Shown: piece by piece, positions 63,868-64,000 of the stretch | Layout: the number at the start of each line of letters is the position of its first letter | Position numbering within the stretch: position 1 is the first letter of the stretch | Source of the DNA: Octopus sinensis | Taxonomy: Eukaryota | Length of the DNA: 64,000 nt | Direction: 5' to 3' | Assembly (NCBI RefSeq): GCF_006345805.1 | Contig: NC_043009.1 | Coordinates: 46,376,001-46,440,000 of the forward strand | Notes under the pieces: generated by a model | Database searches by the model: none | Told to the model about the DNA's origin: nothing | Seen by the model: the letters and a program-made list of their open reading frames with translations, nothing else | Program-made: the position numbers and the translations under genes

Positions 63868-64000
63868 GACGTGATGTAGCAACAAATAAGATGATCATTC
63901 TACAAAAGCCTGAAACTTTTGTAGGACATATTCGTATGAAAGTGGATAGGGTCGCTTGGGCTGCAAATGATTTCTTATCTATTAAAGGCTGGTTTGAAAG

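Overview
AT-rich, microsatellite-saturated animal genomic DNA with one 100-N scaffold gap (22454-22553). The repeat families (tRNA-derived SINEs with internal microsatellites, Dong/R4, Penelope, mariner) resemble an octopus/cephalopod genome; this is inferred from repeat character, not from a search. No complete host gene is recognisable. Most ORF-track entries are translations of (TA)n, (CA)n, (TATC)n or trinucleotide repeats, or decayed transposable-element (TE) ORFs. TE content: three CR1/L2-group LINE relics plus a small 3' fragment, Dong/R4-type LINEs in (TAA)n tracts, two RTE fragments, two Penelope-like (PLE) fragments, a Ty3/gypsy pol fragment, two mariner families, a Tc1/maT-like 5' fragment, a possible Sola-like relic, Helentron/HINE-like elements, about 20 SINE copies and at least seven foldback elements. 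Most notable: (1) minimal hammerhead-ribozyme folds, three with a canonical CUGANGA core and a four-copy family with a fixed CUGUNGA variant; (2) a LINE carrying a perfect 69-bp inverted copy of its own 3' UTR and A-tail, inserted in frame in its RT ORF; (3) a divergent pair of related LINEs, one endonuclease (EN)-only and one RT-only, sharing a 3' tail with the commonest SINE; (4) a 2.25-kb inverted duplication at a contig start and a 480-bp tandem array with a foldback, either of which may be an assembly artefact. Three weak host-exon candidates are flagged at low confidence.
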